Of a stretch of 64,000 nucleotides of DNA, positions 36,355 to 48,300 are shown one piece after another. The first letter of the stretch is position 1. Each line of letters begins with the position of its first letter. The stretch lies in NCBI RefSeq assembly GCF_018350175.1, contig NC_058384.1:63736001-63800000 (forward strand). Reading direction: 5' to 3'. The notes below the pieces were generated by a model. It saw only the letters and a list, made by a program, of their open reading frames with translations, did not search any database and was not told where the DNA came from. A program made the position numbers and the translations under genes. This DNA comes from Felis catus. Lineage: Eukaryota.

Positions 36355-39300
36355 ACTAAATAAACAAAAAAAAAATAACACTAAAAGTAAATACGTACGA
36401 CTCAGCGATTTTTAGTGTATTCACAAGGCCAGGCATGCCACCATCACCACTCATTCCAGAACATTCATCAACCCCCAAAGCAGTCGCTCCACATTTCCCC
36501 TTTCCCGCAGCCTCTGGCAGCCACGGGTCCACCACCTGGCTCCGGGGGCTCGCCCGTTCTGGACGTTTCATACAAACGGAACCGTGTTACGTACCCTTTT
36601 GTGTCTGGCTTCTTTACGTGGCGGGCCTGCAGGGGCTCGTGCACGTTGTCGCACCTGCCGCTACTTCACCTCCGTTTCCGGCTCGACCGCATTTGGCTCA
36701 TCTGTACATCGACCGATGGACAGTGCGCCTCTTGGCTGCGAGGAACAGCGCGGCCGCGAACGTTCGCCCACCGGCATTGGTGCCGACGGGCGGCTTCAGT
36801 TCTCTGGGGTAGACACGTGGGAGCGGGCTTGCTGGGTCGCATGTCGAACTTTTTTTTTTAATTTTTTTTTTCAACGTTCATTTGTTTTTGGGACAGAGAG
36901 AGACAGAGCATGAACGGGGGAGGGGCAGAGAGAGAGGGAGACACAGAATCGGAAACAGGCTCCAGGCTCCGAGCCGTCAGCCCAGAGCCCGACGCGGGGC
37001 TCGAACTCACGGACCGCGAGATCGTGACCTGGCTGAAGTCGGACGCTTAACCGACTGCGCCACCCAGGCGCCCCCACATGTCGAACTTTTTAAGGAGCGG
37101 CCGGACCGTTTTCCGTGGCCGAGCGTCAGTTCACACCCCCAGCAGCCGGGCACGAGGGCTCCAATTTCCCCGCATCCCGCCGGCCATCCCAGCGGATGGG
37201 AAGTCGTGTTTCACCTGGATTTGCATCTTCCCTAACAGCCAATGACGCCGAACATCTTGTGTGCTTCTCACTCCCTTGTAGATCTTTTTATTTTTTAATT
37301 TTTTTGAGGCTTAGTTATGTTTGAGAGAGAGAGACAGAGAGACAAAGTGTGAGCAGGGGAGGGGCAGAGAGAGGGAGGCACAGCATCCGAAGCAGGTTCC
37401 AGGCTCTGAGCCGTCAGCCCAGAGCCCGATGCGGGGCTCGAACTTACCAGCCGAGCTGTGAGATCCTGACGCGAGCTGAAGTCAGATGCTTAACCGACTG
37501 AGCCACTCAGGCGCCCCTCCCTTGCTCGTTTTGTTTTTGTTTTTTTAAGTTTGTCCATTTACTTTTTGAGAGAGAGAGAGAGAGAGAGCCCAAGTCGGGG
37601 AGGGGCAGAGAGAGAGGAAGAGAGAGAGAGAATCCAAAGCAGGCTCTGTGGTCAGTGCGCAAACCCGGATGCAGGGCTTGAACTCACGAAGCCATGAGAT
37701 CACCACCCGAGCCGAAATCAACAGTCAGATGCTCAGCTGACTGAGCCACCCGGCCACCCCTCCCCCCACCTCCCCGCCTCCTCGCTCATTTTTAAATTGG
37801 GTTATTTGTTTCCTTTGAGCTGTAAGAATTCTTCACACGGTCCAGATACTAAACGCTCCAGCAAATCTGTGCTTCGCACGTGTTTTCTTCCATTCTGTGG
37901 GTTGTCCTGGCTTTCGGGACACTGTCCTCTGACGCCCAAAAGTTTGTCACGTGACGCTCCGTGTATCTGTTTGTCCTTTGGCCGCTTGTGTTTTTGGCGT
38001 CTTATCTGAGAACCTGTTGGCTGTAACCTCGAAGAGTTACACTTACGTTTCCTTCCAAGATCTGCGTCCCCTCCACCTTTTCACGAGCCCAGAAGCATGT
38101 GCAGGCTCACCCCTGCGCCCTTACTGGCTCGGACGCCCCCCTGCCTTGCCGCTCACCCCCCGCGGCTCCATCCCCGACGCGCGGCTCCCTGTGCCCGCAC
38201 GCACGGGTCCCTTTCCCTACCCACCCGGCCGCCTGCACACCCCCCGGGCACCGTGACAGGTGCACCTGCGTCTGCTGCCTCACGGACACACACGCCCCGA
38301 CGTCCTCCTCCCAAGTCCCGAGCCTGCTGACCGCTGACCCTGCCCGGACCCACCCGCACAGCCCCCGCCTCTCCCACTGCCCCCCCCACCCCCCTTCCCC
38401 CACTCCTCACACTCCGCACCTCCCCAGGCAGGAGTTTGAGGCAGAGCGGAAGCCGGACCTGCGGAGAGATGTTTACCTGCAGGACATCCATTGTGTCTCT
38501 TCCCTGTTAAAGGCCTACTTCAGGGAACTTCCAGACCCTCTGCTCACTTACCGGCTCTATGACAAGTTTGCTGTGAGTTGAGAGGCCGGGGGGGGGGGGG
38601 GGGAGAAGACGAGGCTGAGGGGTGATCGTCCTGGCGCCGATGTCCCAAGTGGGTGTTCACAGCCGGACAGAGTGCTGGCGATCCCGAATGACAGAGACCA
38701 CGTGAAAAGGAAGACCCCCCCCCCGCCAATCTCCCCCCTCTTCTCTTCGCCTCCCCTCCTTCCCTTGGGGCCTGCGGCTCACGCACGGTGCAGGGACGAG
38801 GCTGGGGGACGTAGAACCCAGGCGGAGAGCAGAGGGCCCTGGGAAATCACCCGGGCCAGAGCTTCCCTCCTTGGGAGAGAAGGAGAACCCTTCTTAGAAG
38901 TCAAAACTTGTCCCGGAGCGCGCCTCCACCAGCGGACTGGATGCTGGACAGCTTTTGAGTGAGGGAACGCAGGACAAAAGTGCTCTCTTGAGTTCAGTAG
39001 CGTTTAAACAGTGAGTTGCATTTTGTCGAGCACGATAGGGTTGTAGGAGCCGGGAGCAGCGGCCCACGCAGTTCAGCCCACGCCGGCCGGACCGCGTGGG
39101 CGCAGGCCTCCCTGGGCACCTCGGAGTAACTCCACGGGCCCTGGAACGCCCGCAGGGAGGGACCACGGAGGTATTCCTGTACCGGAGCGGCACCGGGGGA
39201 GGAGGCCAAGGCAGAGCGGCAGGGAGTTGCTCGAGGTCGCAGAGCTATGGGGTGGCAGGGCTGAGGCCCAGCAGCGGGTGCCGTGGGCCCCGAGCTCTGG

Positions 39301-42300
39301 GCTCTGTCTGCTCATCACGTGGCTTCCGAAGAGCTGGGCTGGGGGATGGGGTGGGGTGCAGCACAGGCCGTTTCCGACGGTTGGGCTCAGTGCTCCGAGG
39401 AGTAAGCAAGGGCGGCGCGGGCCGGCTGACCCGGTTCTTGAACCTTCCTCCCCACCAGGAGGCCGTGGCAGTGCAGTTGGAGCCGGAGCGTCTGATCAAG
39501 ATCCTCGAGGTGCTTGGAGAACTCCCTCTCCCAAACTACAGGTGTGTGGGGTTCCTCCCTCCCCAGAGGGCCGCCCCACGCCCCACGCAACCCTGGGGCC
39601 TCGATTTGTCTCTTCCCTTCCGGCTCCCAGACCTCAATCCGACCCCGGCCCTGGGCGTCCCCTGTGTGACCCCCGGCCCACAATGCCCCCCTTCTGCAGG
39701 ACCCTGGAGTTCCTCACGCGGCACTTGGTACACATGGCCTCGTTCAGTGCTCAGACCAACATGCACGCCCGCAACCTGGCCATCGTGTGGGCCCCCAACC
39801 TGCTGAGGTGGGCACATGTGCGAGCGGCCTGGGGGGAGGCGGTCCTGGCAGAGCCCAGCCCCCAGAGGCTGCCCCAGGAACGGGCGTGGCCCTGGGGAGG
39901 GGGGGGTGGGGCCTCCTAGAGCCCGGTGAGAAACAGGGGGTTTCGCAATTACGTTGAGCGGGACGGGGCTTACCCACTGGACACGAGGCCTTGTGTCTTC
40001 TGGTGCCGTGTCCCCGAGCTCAGAGTCCTTGTTGAAGGTGTGTCGAGCAAACGTCTCGCGGTCTATTGGAGATCTGGCCTGTATATCACCCCCCCGTGGG
40101 GTAAGGCAGACTATGAGAAGTCCTGAGAGTCATTATAACGAGGCACCCTCGCGTGCAAAGGTTAGAGATGAATTCTGACGGGAGTGAATTCCCAGAGGGC
40201 TTCCTGAAGGAAGGCATTTGAGGCTTGAATCATGCATGTGGTTTAAGAGGTGGGGACGAGGTTAAGGGCACGCAGGGGAGGGGGGGTGGGGGTATTTTTA
40301 GGGAGAATTCAGACGGGGAAGTGAGGTGGGGCTGGAGGGGAATAACTCCACGTCTCCACAGGTCTAAGGACATAGAGGCCTCGGGCTTCAATGGGACGGC
40401 AGCCTTCATGGAGGTGCGGGTGCAGTCCATCGTGGTCGAGTTTATCCTCACACATGTGGACCAGCTCTTTGGGGGCGCTGCCCTTTCCAGTGAGTGTCCC
40501 TCCCAGCCACCACACCACCACAGTCTGTCTGGGGAGTCATGTCAGGGTCACAGAGGGCCTCAGACCACCTCATTCAGTCTCCCCGTTTTGCAGATGAGAC
40601 AGCTGAGACTCACAGCTGTGGTCACATGGAGAAGATCCTGGAGAGGTGATGGCCTAGTCCGTCCTTGAGCAAACCTCTCCTGCATAGCCTGACCTTCTAA
40701 TCACCATCCTGGCTCTCGGGGCCAGTGACCGATCATTCCTACCCCAGCCCACCTGGCCGGTGTGCTGGGATCTCCTGACCCTTGTCCCCGAGGACGCCCT
40801 CTTGAGGAGCCCAGACACAGAGGGTCTGTCTCCCAAGACCTCTGAGTATATCCTTAGCCTGGCGGTTAGTTGGTGGGTGGGAGGGTTCTACAGGGAGCTG
40901 AGGCCCTCTTTCAACTCTTTTTTAAAAAATGTTTATTATTTATTATAATTATTTATTATTAAAAAATTTTTAATATGTATTTGTTTTTGAGAGCGAGAGA
41001 GCGAGACAGAGTGTGAGCAGGGGAGAGGCAGAGAGAGAGGGAGACACAGAATCCAAGGCAGGCTCCAGGCTCCGAGCTGTCAGCACAGAGCCCGACGCGC
41101 CGGGGCTCAAACTCACGAACCGTGAGCTCATGACCTGAGCCGAAGTCGGATGCTCAACCGACTGAGCCAGCCAGGTGCCCTGTCATCTCTGTTCTTGGCC
41201 GGCCAATTCCTCTTCTTTCCCTAGGTGGTGAAATGGAGAGTGGATGGCGATCACTTCCAGGGGCCCGGGCATCAGGCAGCCCCGAGGACCTTATGCCCAG
41301 GTCCCTGCCCTACAATCTGCCTAGCAACCTGCAGGCTGGTGATGGACCCCCGCAGATACGGCCCTACCACACTATCATTGAAATTGCGGAGCACAAGTAA
41401 GGTCTCCTTCCTGGCCCTCCTCCCCGACATTGACCGCCAGGCTCCAACCCCAATGATTTCTCCATTCCTTCCAGGAGGAAAGGGTCTCTGAAGGTCAGGA
41501 AGTGGAAATCTATCTTCAATCTGGGTCGCTCTGGCCATGAGACCAAGCGTAAACTTCCGCGGGGCGCTGAGGACAGAGGTGAGTCTGGAGGGACGTAGTG
41601 GGGGGGGGTGCTCTGCTGAAGGCGAGCAGGACCCTGGCCCTACAAACATTCATGTCTTGCAGAGGACAAATCCGATAAGGGGACTTTGCGGCCAGCCAAG
41701 AGCATGGACTCACTGAGTGCTGCGGCTGGGGTCAGTGATGGTGAGTACAGGTGTGCACGTGGTGTGTGTGTGTATGTGTGTGTGTGTGTGCGCGCGTGCA
41801 TGCAGAGGCTGGCGAACACCCGCGTGTGCGTGTGTGGGTGTCTCTGCAAGGGAATAGCAGTGTTACGGATGAGACAGACCATTGTGTGTGCACTGCTGCG
41901 TGTTTGTGGGTCTGTACACGTGGCTGTGTGCTCGCTAATTTCAAAGAAAAATATACACGTAATGAGTGCTTATTATACACCAGCCACAGTACCCGATGTT
42001 GGGTTTACAATAGTGAGTTGATCATCTGATCAACAGGTGTGTTCAAATGAGCGTACAAAGGGGGAGAGAGCGGGGTGTGGGTTTGTGGGAAGGGGCAGGG
42101 ACGGCCGGAGGGACGGAGGGGGGGGGTTCCTAAGTAAGTGTCACTGTGGAAAGTTCGCAGCGGTGGCCAAGGGAAGCCGGGCCCGGTGCCTTCCAGGCTG
42201 TCCTAACTCTCAGGCTTGAGAAAGGCAGGGCCCACTCTCCAGAGCCTTCCTGAGGTGTCCGGGCCCCTTTGCCGCCCTGCGCTCTCTCCCACACAGAGCC

Positions 42301-45300
42301 GGAGGGGCTGGCGGGACCCAGCCATCCCCAGCCGAGCGCGTTGCTGCAGGACAGCTTGGAGAATGACTCCGGGGAGGCGGCGGAGGGTGACCGGGAGCGG
42401 GAGCCGGAGGCGCTGGGCGGCACCAACTCTGAGCCAGGCACGCCGCGGGCCGGCCGGTCGGGGATCCGCGCTGGGAGCAGCAGCCGAGCAGAGCGCTGTG
42501 CTGGAGTCCACATCTCGGACCCCTACAACGTCAACCTCCCACTGCACATCACCTCCATCCTCAACGTGCCCCCAAACATCATCTCCAACGTCTCCTTGGC
42601 CAGGCTCACCCGAGGCCTTGAGTGCCCCGCCCTACAGCCCCGGCCAAGCCCTGCCTCCGGCCCGGGTCCCGGCCCCGGCCCCGGCCCCGGCCCCGGCCCC
42701 GGCCCCCCAGGTGAGGCCCCGGGGATCTCCCAGGCCTGGGAGAAGGGACTAGAATTCCAGGCTGAAGCTCTGATGCAAGGTATCTGTCCTGAAAATGGCA
42801 GACGCCTCAGTCCTCAGGCTCGGGGTGGTCTCCTTCGGCTGCCTCCCTGACTTCCGGGTTGGGGGGGGAGGGTGGGGAATCCAGTAATATTATCAGGTTC
42901 TGTGAGATCCACAGGGAGAGGACCCCCGGCAGTCTTCAGATCACTGATGTACCCGAGACTGGGAGTCCGGGTCAGACTCAGACAGTAGGGATCACGGAGT
43001 ACAAGGCGGGGCTGTATAATAGATCCTGGTGATAATATGGGATTAACACTAATCGTTAACATGTATTGAAGGTTTACTGCTTGCCATGTGCTGCGTTAAG
43101 GACTTTGCAGGCATTCGCTTGTTTTCTTCTTTTGCGATCTTATGACGCCGTCATTGTTGCTGTGCTTCTGTCACAGCGGTGGGACTGGAGACCTAGGTTA
43201 AGCTATTTGCCGTTGAGTTAGTTCAGAGGTTCTGAAGCGTCCCTGAGGAGAAGTATTGAGGCAGCACAGGGCAGCGGGGAAGCACTCGGGCTACAGAGTT
43301 AAGCAGACTTGGGTTCAAAATTGGGCCGTGCCAGTCACTGTTTGCGTGACCTTGGACAGACCTCTCTGGGTCTCGCTTTCCTCACGTGTAACACGGGGAT
43401 AAATCCCCTACGTTATGGGGCTGTGTCGTGGGGGGACGAAATAAGACAGCGCACTGTAAAACGTACAGGACGGTGCCTGGCACCTGGCGGGAGCGATAAG
43501 CCAGTAGGTAGGGATGCTGGTCTGAAAGCACTGGCCACAGGCCAAATCTATGCCGGGGGCGTTGGTCCCGATACGGTAGCAACGCTAGGAAGATCCATTT
43601 TGTAAAGGGTCAAGGCTGGTCTTGACCTGTGTGTTCCTGGGACTACCTTTCTCTCAACAGGTGAGAAGTTGGAGGCAAGTTCGGCCGCAGGTCCCCCGGC
43701 TGACTGTGGCCCGGCGGACGTGGCCCCTGCCCTGGAGGACTGCCTGTCCCAGGAGGTGCAGGATTCCTTCTCCTTCCTAGAGGACTCAAGCAGCTCAGAG
43801 CCCGAGTGGGTGGGGGTGGAAGATGGGGAGGTGGCCAAGGCAGGAACTGCAGGAGCAGCCTTCTCCCCTGGGGAGGACGACCCTGGGATGGGCTACCTAG
43901 AGGAGCTCCTGAGAGTCGGGCCTCAGGTAAGAAGGAGCTGTGCTGGGGTTGGGGGTGCTGGGGAGGCCAGAGGGCGGACCTGGTCCTGAGCCACGGTGCT
44001 ATGCCCGCAGGTGGAGGAGTTCTCTGTGGAGCCGCCCCTGGATGACCTGTCTCTGGATGAGGCACAGTTTGTCCTGGCTCCCAGCTGCTGTTCCCCGGAC
44101 TCTGCGGGCCCCGGGCCTGAAGGAGAAGAGGAGAGTGGGGAGGAAGTCTTCCTGAGTGCCTACGATGACCTAAGTCCCCTTCTGGGGCCCAAACACCCAA
44201 ACTGGGAGGGTCCAGGGAGCCTGGAAGAAGAGGCAGCAGGATGCAGGGGACAGGGGGCTCCAGGGCAGGCTGAGGGAGAGCAGGCATGCCGGGAAGGTGG
44301 GGAGGACAGGGAGGCAGAGCCTGAAGGCAGATGGGACGTCCCAGAGGAGGCTGAGGGGAGTCCGGAGAGCGAGGCGGAGGATGGAGAAGCAGGTGAGGGA
44401 GGAGGGAAGGCTGGGGAAAGCCAGGAGACGATGGTCAGTGTGAAGGAAGGGGGTGGGGAAGAGCCAGAGGCCAAGGGAGAGGAGTCCCGCGGTCAGCAGG
44501 AGGAGGGCAGTGTGGAGGAAGCTAAGTGTGCGGTGGGAACAGGAGAGCAGGGTAAAGACGAGGAGAAAGCAAGCAAGGAGAGAGGGGAAGAGGCTGAGGA
44601 AGGAGAGGAAGCCCAGGTACAAGCCAGAAGGGGCCCGGAGTGCGGGGCCCAGGAAACCCAAGTTGCCGAGGGGAGCTGGGAAGCTGTACACAGACGAGAG
44701 GCTGACGGAGGCAGAGAGGACGAGGCCAAAGGACAGAAGGGGCCTGAGAACCAAGGGGCAAGAGAAGCCCAAGGAGGTGGTGAAGACGGCAGGAGCCCTG
44801 AAGCAGCAGCTGAAGGAGGAGCAGGGAAGGTCAGCAAGGAACAGGAGAGTGGGGATGGGGAGCGTGAGGGAGACCAGCGTGCTGGAGGTGGCCGTGTAGA
44901 GAAGGACGCCCTTCCTGAAGGGTCACACGCAGAGCCCCTGGAGGTTGGCAGTGCCGAAGAGGGCAGCCCCCAGTCCTCTGAGGCAGAACAGGCGGTCCCG
45001 CAGCCACCCCGGCCACAGGAGATGGAGCCCGAGGGGCCGCTCGGTCCAGAGGGCTGCAACCCGTGTCCCTGTCCTCTTGGCTCAGCCGGTGGTGTGGGCA
45101 TGCGCCTGGCTTCCAGCCTGGTTCAGGTCCAACAGGTCCGCTCTGTGCCTGTGGTGCCCCCCAAACCACAATTTGCCAAGATGCCTAGTGCGATGTGTAG
45201 CAAGATCCACGTGGCACCTGCAAACCCATGCCCGAGGCCTGGCCGGCTTGATGGGACTCCTGGGGAAAGGGCTTGGGGGTCCCGAGCCTCCCGTTCCTCT

Positions 45301-45639
45301 TGGAGGAATGGGGGCAGTCTTTCTTTTGATGCTGCTGTGGCCCTGGCCCGGGACCGCCAGAGGACTGAGGCTCAGGGAGTTCGGCGGACCCAGACCTGTA
45401 CGGGGGGTGGGGACTACAGCCTCATCCCCAGAACCTCCCCGTGTAGTGTGATCCCTGCCTATTCTCGGCCACTTAGCTGCCTGGAGCTCCCACCCGAAGA
45501 CACAGAAGGGTCTGGACACCGGAGTCGGCTTAGTCTGCCCCCCAGGGAACCCCAGCCCCCCGACCCTCTTCTGTCCCCCCAGCGCCGATCATATGCGTTT
45601 GAAACACAGGCCAACCCTGGGAGAGGTGAGGGACTGTGA
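30207..45639 (+). CDS. ARHGAP30: Rho GTPase-activating protein 30, 12 exons: join(30207..30303,35872..35974,38428..38572,39459..39541,39700..39807,40362..40489,41225..41396,41475..41578,41663..41740,42297..42710,43661..43926,44011..45639), 1108 aa
   Basis: MKSRQKGKKKGSSKERVFGCDL start; RhoGAP domain with arginine finger DGIYRLSG (Arg codon 35937-35939), LLKAYFRELPDPLL and MHARNLAIVWAPNLL; Glu-rich last exon; C-terminus RRSYAFETQANPGRGEGL. Phases consistent; CDS 3327 nt. Confidence 0.97.
32430..32545 (+). mobile_element. Possible L3/CR1 LINE remnant (second fragment about 35575-35690)
   Basis: Resemblance to CR1 ORF2 end (gtgaaaaggacctagg...tatgagtcaa...catggcggccaa) and 3' region (agatttcagctcaac...gaactttcta). 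Confidence 0.4.
33985..34400 (-). mobile_element. L2 remnant in ARHGAP30 intron 1
   Basis: tattgagcacctgctgt...gtgctagatgctgggga, an antisense L2 signature. Confidence 0.6.
34548..34785 (+). mobile_element. CAN-SINE (SINEC_Fc) with target-site duplication
   Basis: ggggcgcctggggggctcagtcggttaa...(CT)n...poly-A, flanked by acatgagggatgt on both sides. Confidence 0.95.
35262..35475 (-). mobile_element. CAN-SINE
   Basis: (GA)n body; approximate TSD taaataaatgtacttt / taaataaatgcacttt. Confidence 0.9.
36163..36390 (+). mobile_element. CAN-SINE (SINEC_Fc)
   Basis: Typical 5' tRNA-like head, (CT)n, A-rich tail; gtacgac on both flanks. Confidence 0.9.
36849..37075 (-). mobile_element. Young SINEC_Fc with perfect TSD
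   Basis: catgtcgaactttt on both sides; CpGs intact. Confidence 0.95.
40920..41180 (-). mobile_element. CAN-SINE in ARHGAP30 intron 6
   Basis: AT-rich tail, (GA)n, gagacacagaatcc...gagccagccaggtgccc. Confidence 0.9.
42659..42706 (+). repeat. Coding hexanucleotide repeat: (GP)8, including six perfect GGCCCC units (42671-42706)
   Basis: Read directly at the end of ARHGAP30 exon 10. Confidence 0.95.
43255..43490 (+). mobile_element. MIR SINE
   Basis: gacttgggttcaaa...gtgaccttggaca...ctcgctttcctcacgtgtaa. Confidence 0.7.
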
Positions 45640-46400
45640 GTAGGACCACAGTGCTGGGCAAAGGGGACAGTAAGGTGTCTTGAATCTCCAGATTCCCAGA
45701 CCGGCTGTTTCTCCTGCAGCCTGAGCAGCTGGAGTGTCCAACACCATAGGCTTTGACCCTCCAGCTTCTCTTTTCGATTGTGGGAAGCATTGCCTCCGTT
45801 GGTTTACTTGAGCTTGTCTCAGACACAAAGCACTTATCCCTTAGGATATTCCCAAGAAAGTCACCGAGATCCTATCACCAAGGAGCGGGGTCATTGGTCA
45901 AAGGGAACAAAGAGTAGGCAGAAAACTTAAGAGGTCTCTCAAAGTGAAGAATGAAGAGGGAACTCCAGCTAAGTTCCTGCCTCCTCTGGGGCTGTGTACT
46001 TCCCTTCATGGAAGCCCAGGGTGGAGGAGGGGAGGGTGGGGCCAGGTCAGAGGCTATCACCCATCAACACTTCTGAGTTGCCCATCCTTATTCTGCTCCT
46101 GGACCCTTGGGTACCTCCTGACTCTCCTAGCTCCAGATTAGGAGGACCATGTCAAGGAAGCTCTCTGAAGTCCTCAGAGTGTGTGGGAGGGACTGGCTCC
46201 CTCTCCAGCATCCCCACCCTCTGCCTCCAGTCGCCTTTAGGAAGAGAGATCTTCTGCAGATCTCCCTGGCTTCTCCTTTTTCCTTTGGAATGACTTCCTC
46301 CTCTATTTCAAGGAAGGGGAATAGCATAACTCAGGCCCTGGGACTGCTTCTCCAGACAGGCTGGGGCCATATGTTCCGTCCTAGTAAGAAGCAGCCTCGG

Positions 46401-46406
46401 AATAAA
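46401..46406 (+). terminator. ARHGAP30 polyadenylation signal AATAAA
   Basis: Canonical hexamer with a strong downstream U/GU-rich element at 46443-46470. Confidence 0.85.
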
Positions 46407-46742
46407 AGTTGTACTTTTATACCTACACAGTGTGAAGCCTCATGTTTTTTTGTTTTGTTTTGTTTTTTTTAACTAGAGTCTTAGGTGACGGGTATTACAT
46501 TTTCATATTTGGCAAGATGTCTTCTTGCTGTTGTTGTTAGGGTGCTCTTCCTCAGTTGTCGTCATGGAGACCTGTGGCTAGAAACTAGAGCTGGGTTCAT
46601 GGTGGTCAGGAAATGGGGAAGAGAAACTTCTATTTACATAATGCTCATGACCTACCAGTAAAGGCGAGGTATTCTACGAGCGTAACATCTATACCCTTGA
46701 TTTTACTTAGTCCGTATAACGATTCGGTAAGTTTGGTATTGG

Positions 46743-46890
46743 TGTCTCCATTTTACAGATGAGAGAACTGAGGCTAATTAAGTCAAAAGGCTTGCCAATG
46801 TTCTCAGCGGTAAGAAGCGGCAGAGGCAGGTTTGAGATCCGAGTTTGTCTGGCTCCAGAGGCTAAACTCTTCGGATCACACCACACTGCT
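46743..46890 (-). mobile_element. MIR SINE
   Basis: tctccattttacagatgagagaactgaggct, the antisense MIR core. Confidence 0.8.
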
Positions 46891-47049
46891 CCAAATCCAT
46901 TAAGAGTAGGTCTTAACCAAGAAGGAATGGGAACCAAGATCCCTCTCACAGAAACGGAGGGCCTCACAAAAACTGGAAGTTCGGGGGGGGGGGTGGTCTT
47001 TGGGTGAGCAACTGCGGACGCTACTACAAAGGAATATACCCAAATCTAT

Positions 47050-48300
47050 CTTCGTCTCCACTGGACAGCAAAAAAGCGTCCCGACCCAAGATGGCCTCCC
47101 AAGTAGCCCTTGTTAAAGATGGCGCCTCCGTCCGACGTCTCTCCCTTGATCTAAGCCAACCTCCCTCCCTTCTGCCCCTAAAAACGCCTTGTCCCGCAGA
47201 AAGATGGAAGCACGCATCAGTCGTCTTTCTCCCGTTCTTGCCGAATGCCACAAATACTCCAGTGTTACTCTCCCCGGACCCCAGGAAGTGACTTCTTCTG
47301 CGCCCCGGCGACACCCCCACCCAACCGCTTCTTTCCTCAAGCGGGAACGACCGGAAGTGGGGCCGCTCAGAGCCTGGGCGGGTCGAGAGAGACACTTCCG
47401 CCCCTCAGCAACATGGCCGCAGGCCGGGAGTGCGCATGAGCGGCCGTCCATGGAGCTCTCCGAGTCCGGAGAGGGAGAACACGGTCGGGGGAGATCGGCG
47501 GCTGAGGCGGCCTTGGCCGGTGAGTTCGGGACGGGACGCGAGCCGGGAGTCTAGGGACTGGGTGGGCCGGCGGGCAGGGCAGCGTGGATTTTGTTCCCGT
47601 TTTCAGGTGGCGGACCTCCCGGGGAGGAAGCCTTTGTTTTGCGGGAGGGGGCCGAGCCCGGTTCTTTCTCTCCCGCCCCCCTTTGTGGGCCGAGCGCACT
47701 CCCCGCCCCCGAGCGCGCGCGTCCCCGCCCTCCTGCGCTGCCTGCCGCGGGGCCGGGACCGCGGGCCCGCCGAGCCCCGAGCCCTTTCCGGGCCGCCGAG
47801 CGCAGCGCCGGGCCGCCGAGGGAGCGCGGCGGCCGCCCGGGCTCGCGGGCTCCCGGGCTCGCGGGCTCGCGCCTGCTGGCTGCCGGGCCTGCAGGGACGC
47901 GCCGCGTTCTTGGGCAAGGTCGGGCGCCCGACTTCTTTCGGGACCTGGTCGTTCTCCCCTTTGTGTCCAGACGTAGCAGGGGCTCTTGCTGGGCCCTGCT
48001 GGCCCGAGCGTGCACGCCACAACATCCCGTCCGCGTTTCCGTGTCGCATCCCCTAATGCTCAGGAAATGCTTCCGGATGTCCAACTAAGATTTGAATAAG
48101 CGGCCTGACCCCGTTGCTGGGTGTCCTCCGAGGCTGCCCCTGGCTGACAGCTGTGGGCGATAGAGACGCCTCCTGTGCCCTGCCGTCTCTTCCATCGCCT
48201 CCTCCTGCAGTCAGCGCAGCAAGCCTCGGAGGGGCACCTCCTCCGTAGGTTTGAGGATGGACAGGTAGGTGGTCCCGAAACCCTGGTCCTACTTCCCCTT
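47050..48300 (+). promoter_or_regulatory. USF1 CpG-island promoter and non-coding exon 1 (about 47400-47519)
   Basis: YY1 motifs 47087-47095, 47116-47124, 47409-47420; ETS/GABP motifs 47282-47290, 47351-47359, 47393-47400; donor CCG|GTGAGT at 47519/47520. Exon 2 acceptor at 49500/49501. Confidence 0.8.

Larger units (their letters stand above)
36100..38060 (-). mobile_element. Ancient L1M 3' region interrupted by four CAN-SINEs (36163-36390 +; 36849-37075, about 37287-37517 and about 37530-37760 all -)
   Basis: L1M antisense motifs: ttccagaacatt...cccaaa, ttctggacgtttcat, tgtgtctggcttcttt, gatttgcatcttccctaa, tttaaattgggttatttgt. Confidence 0.75.
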
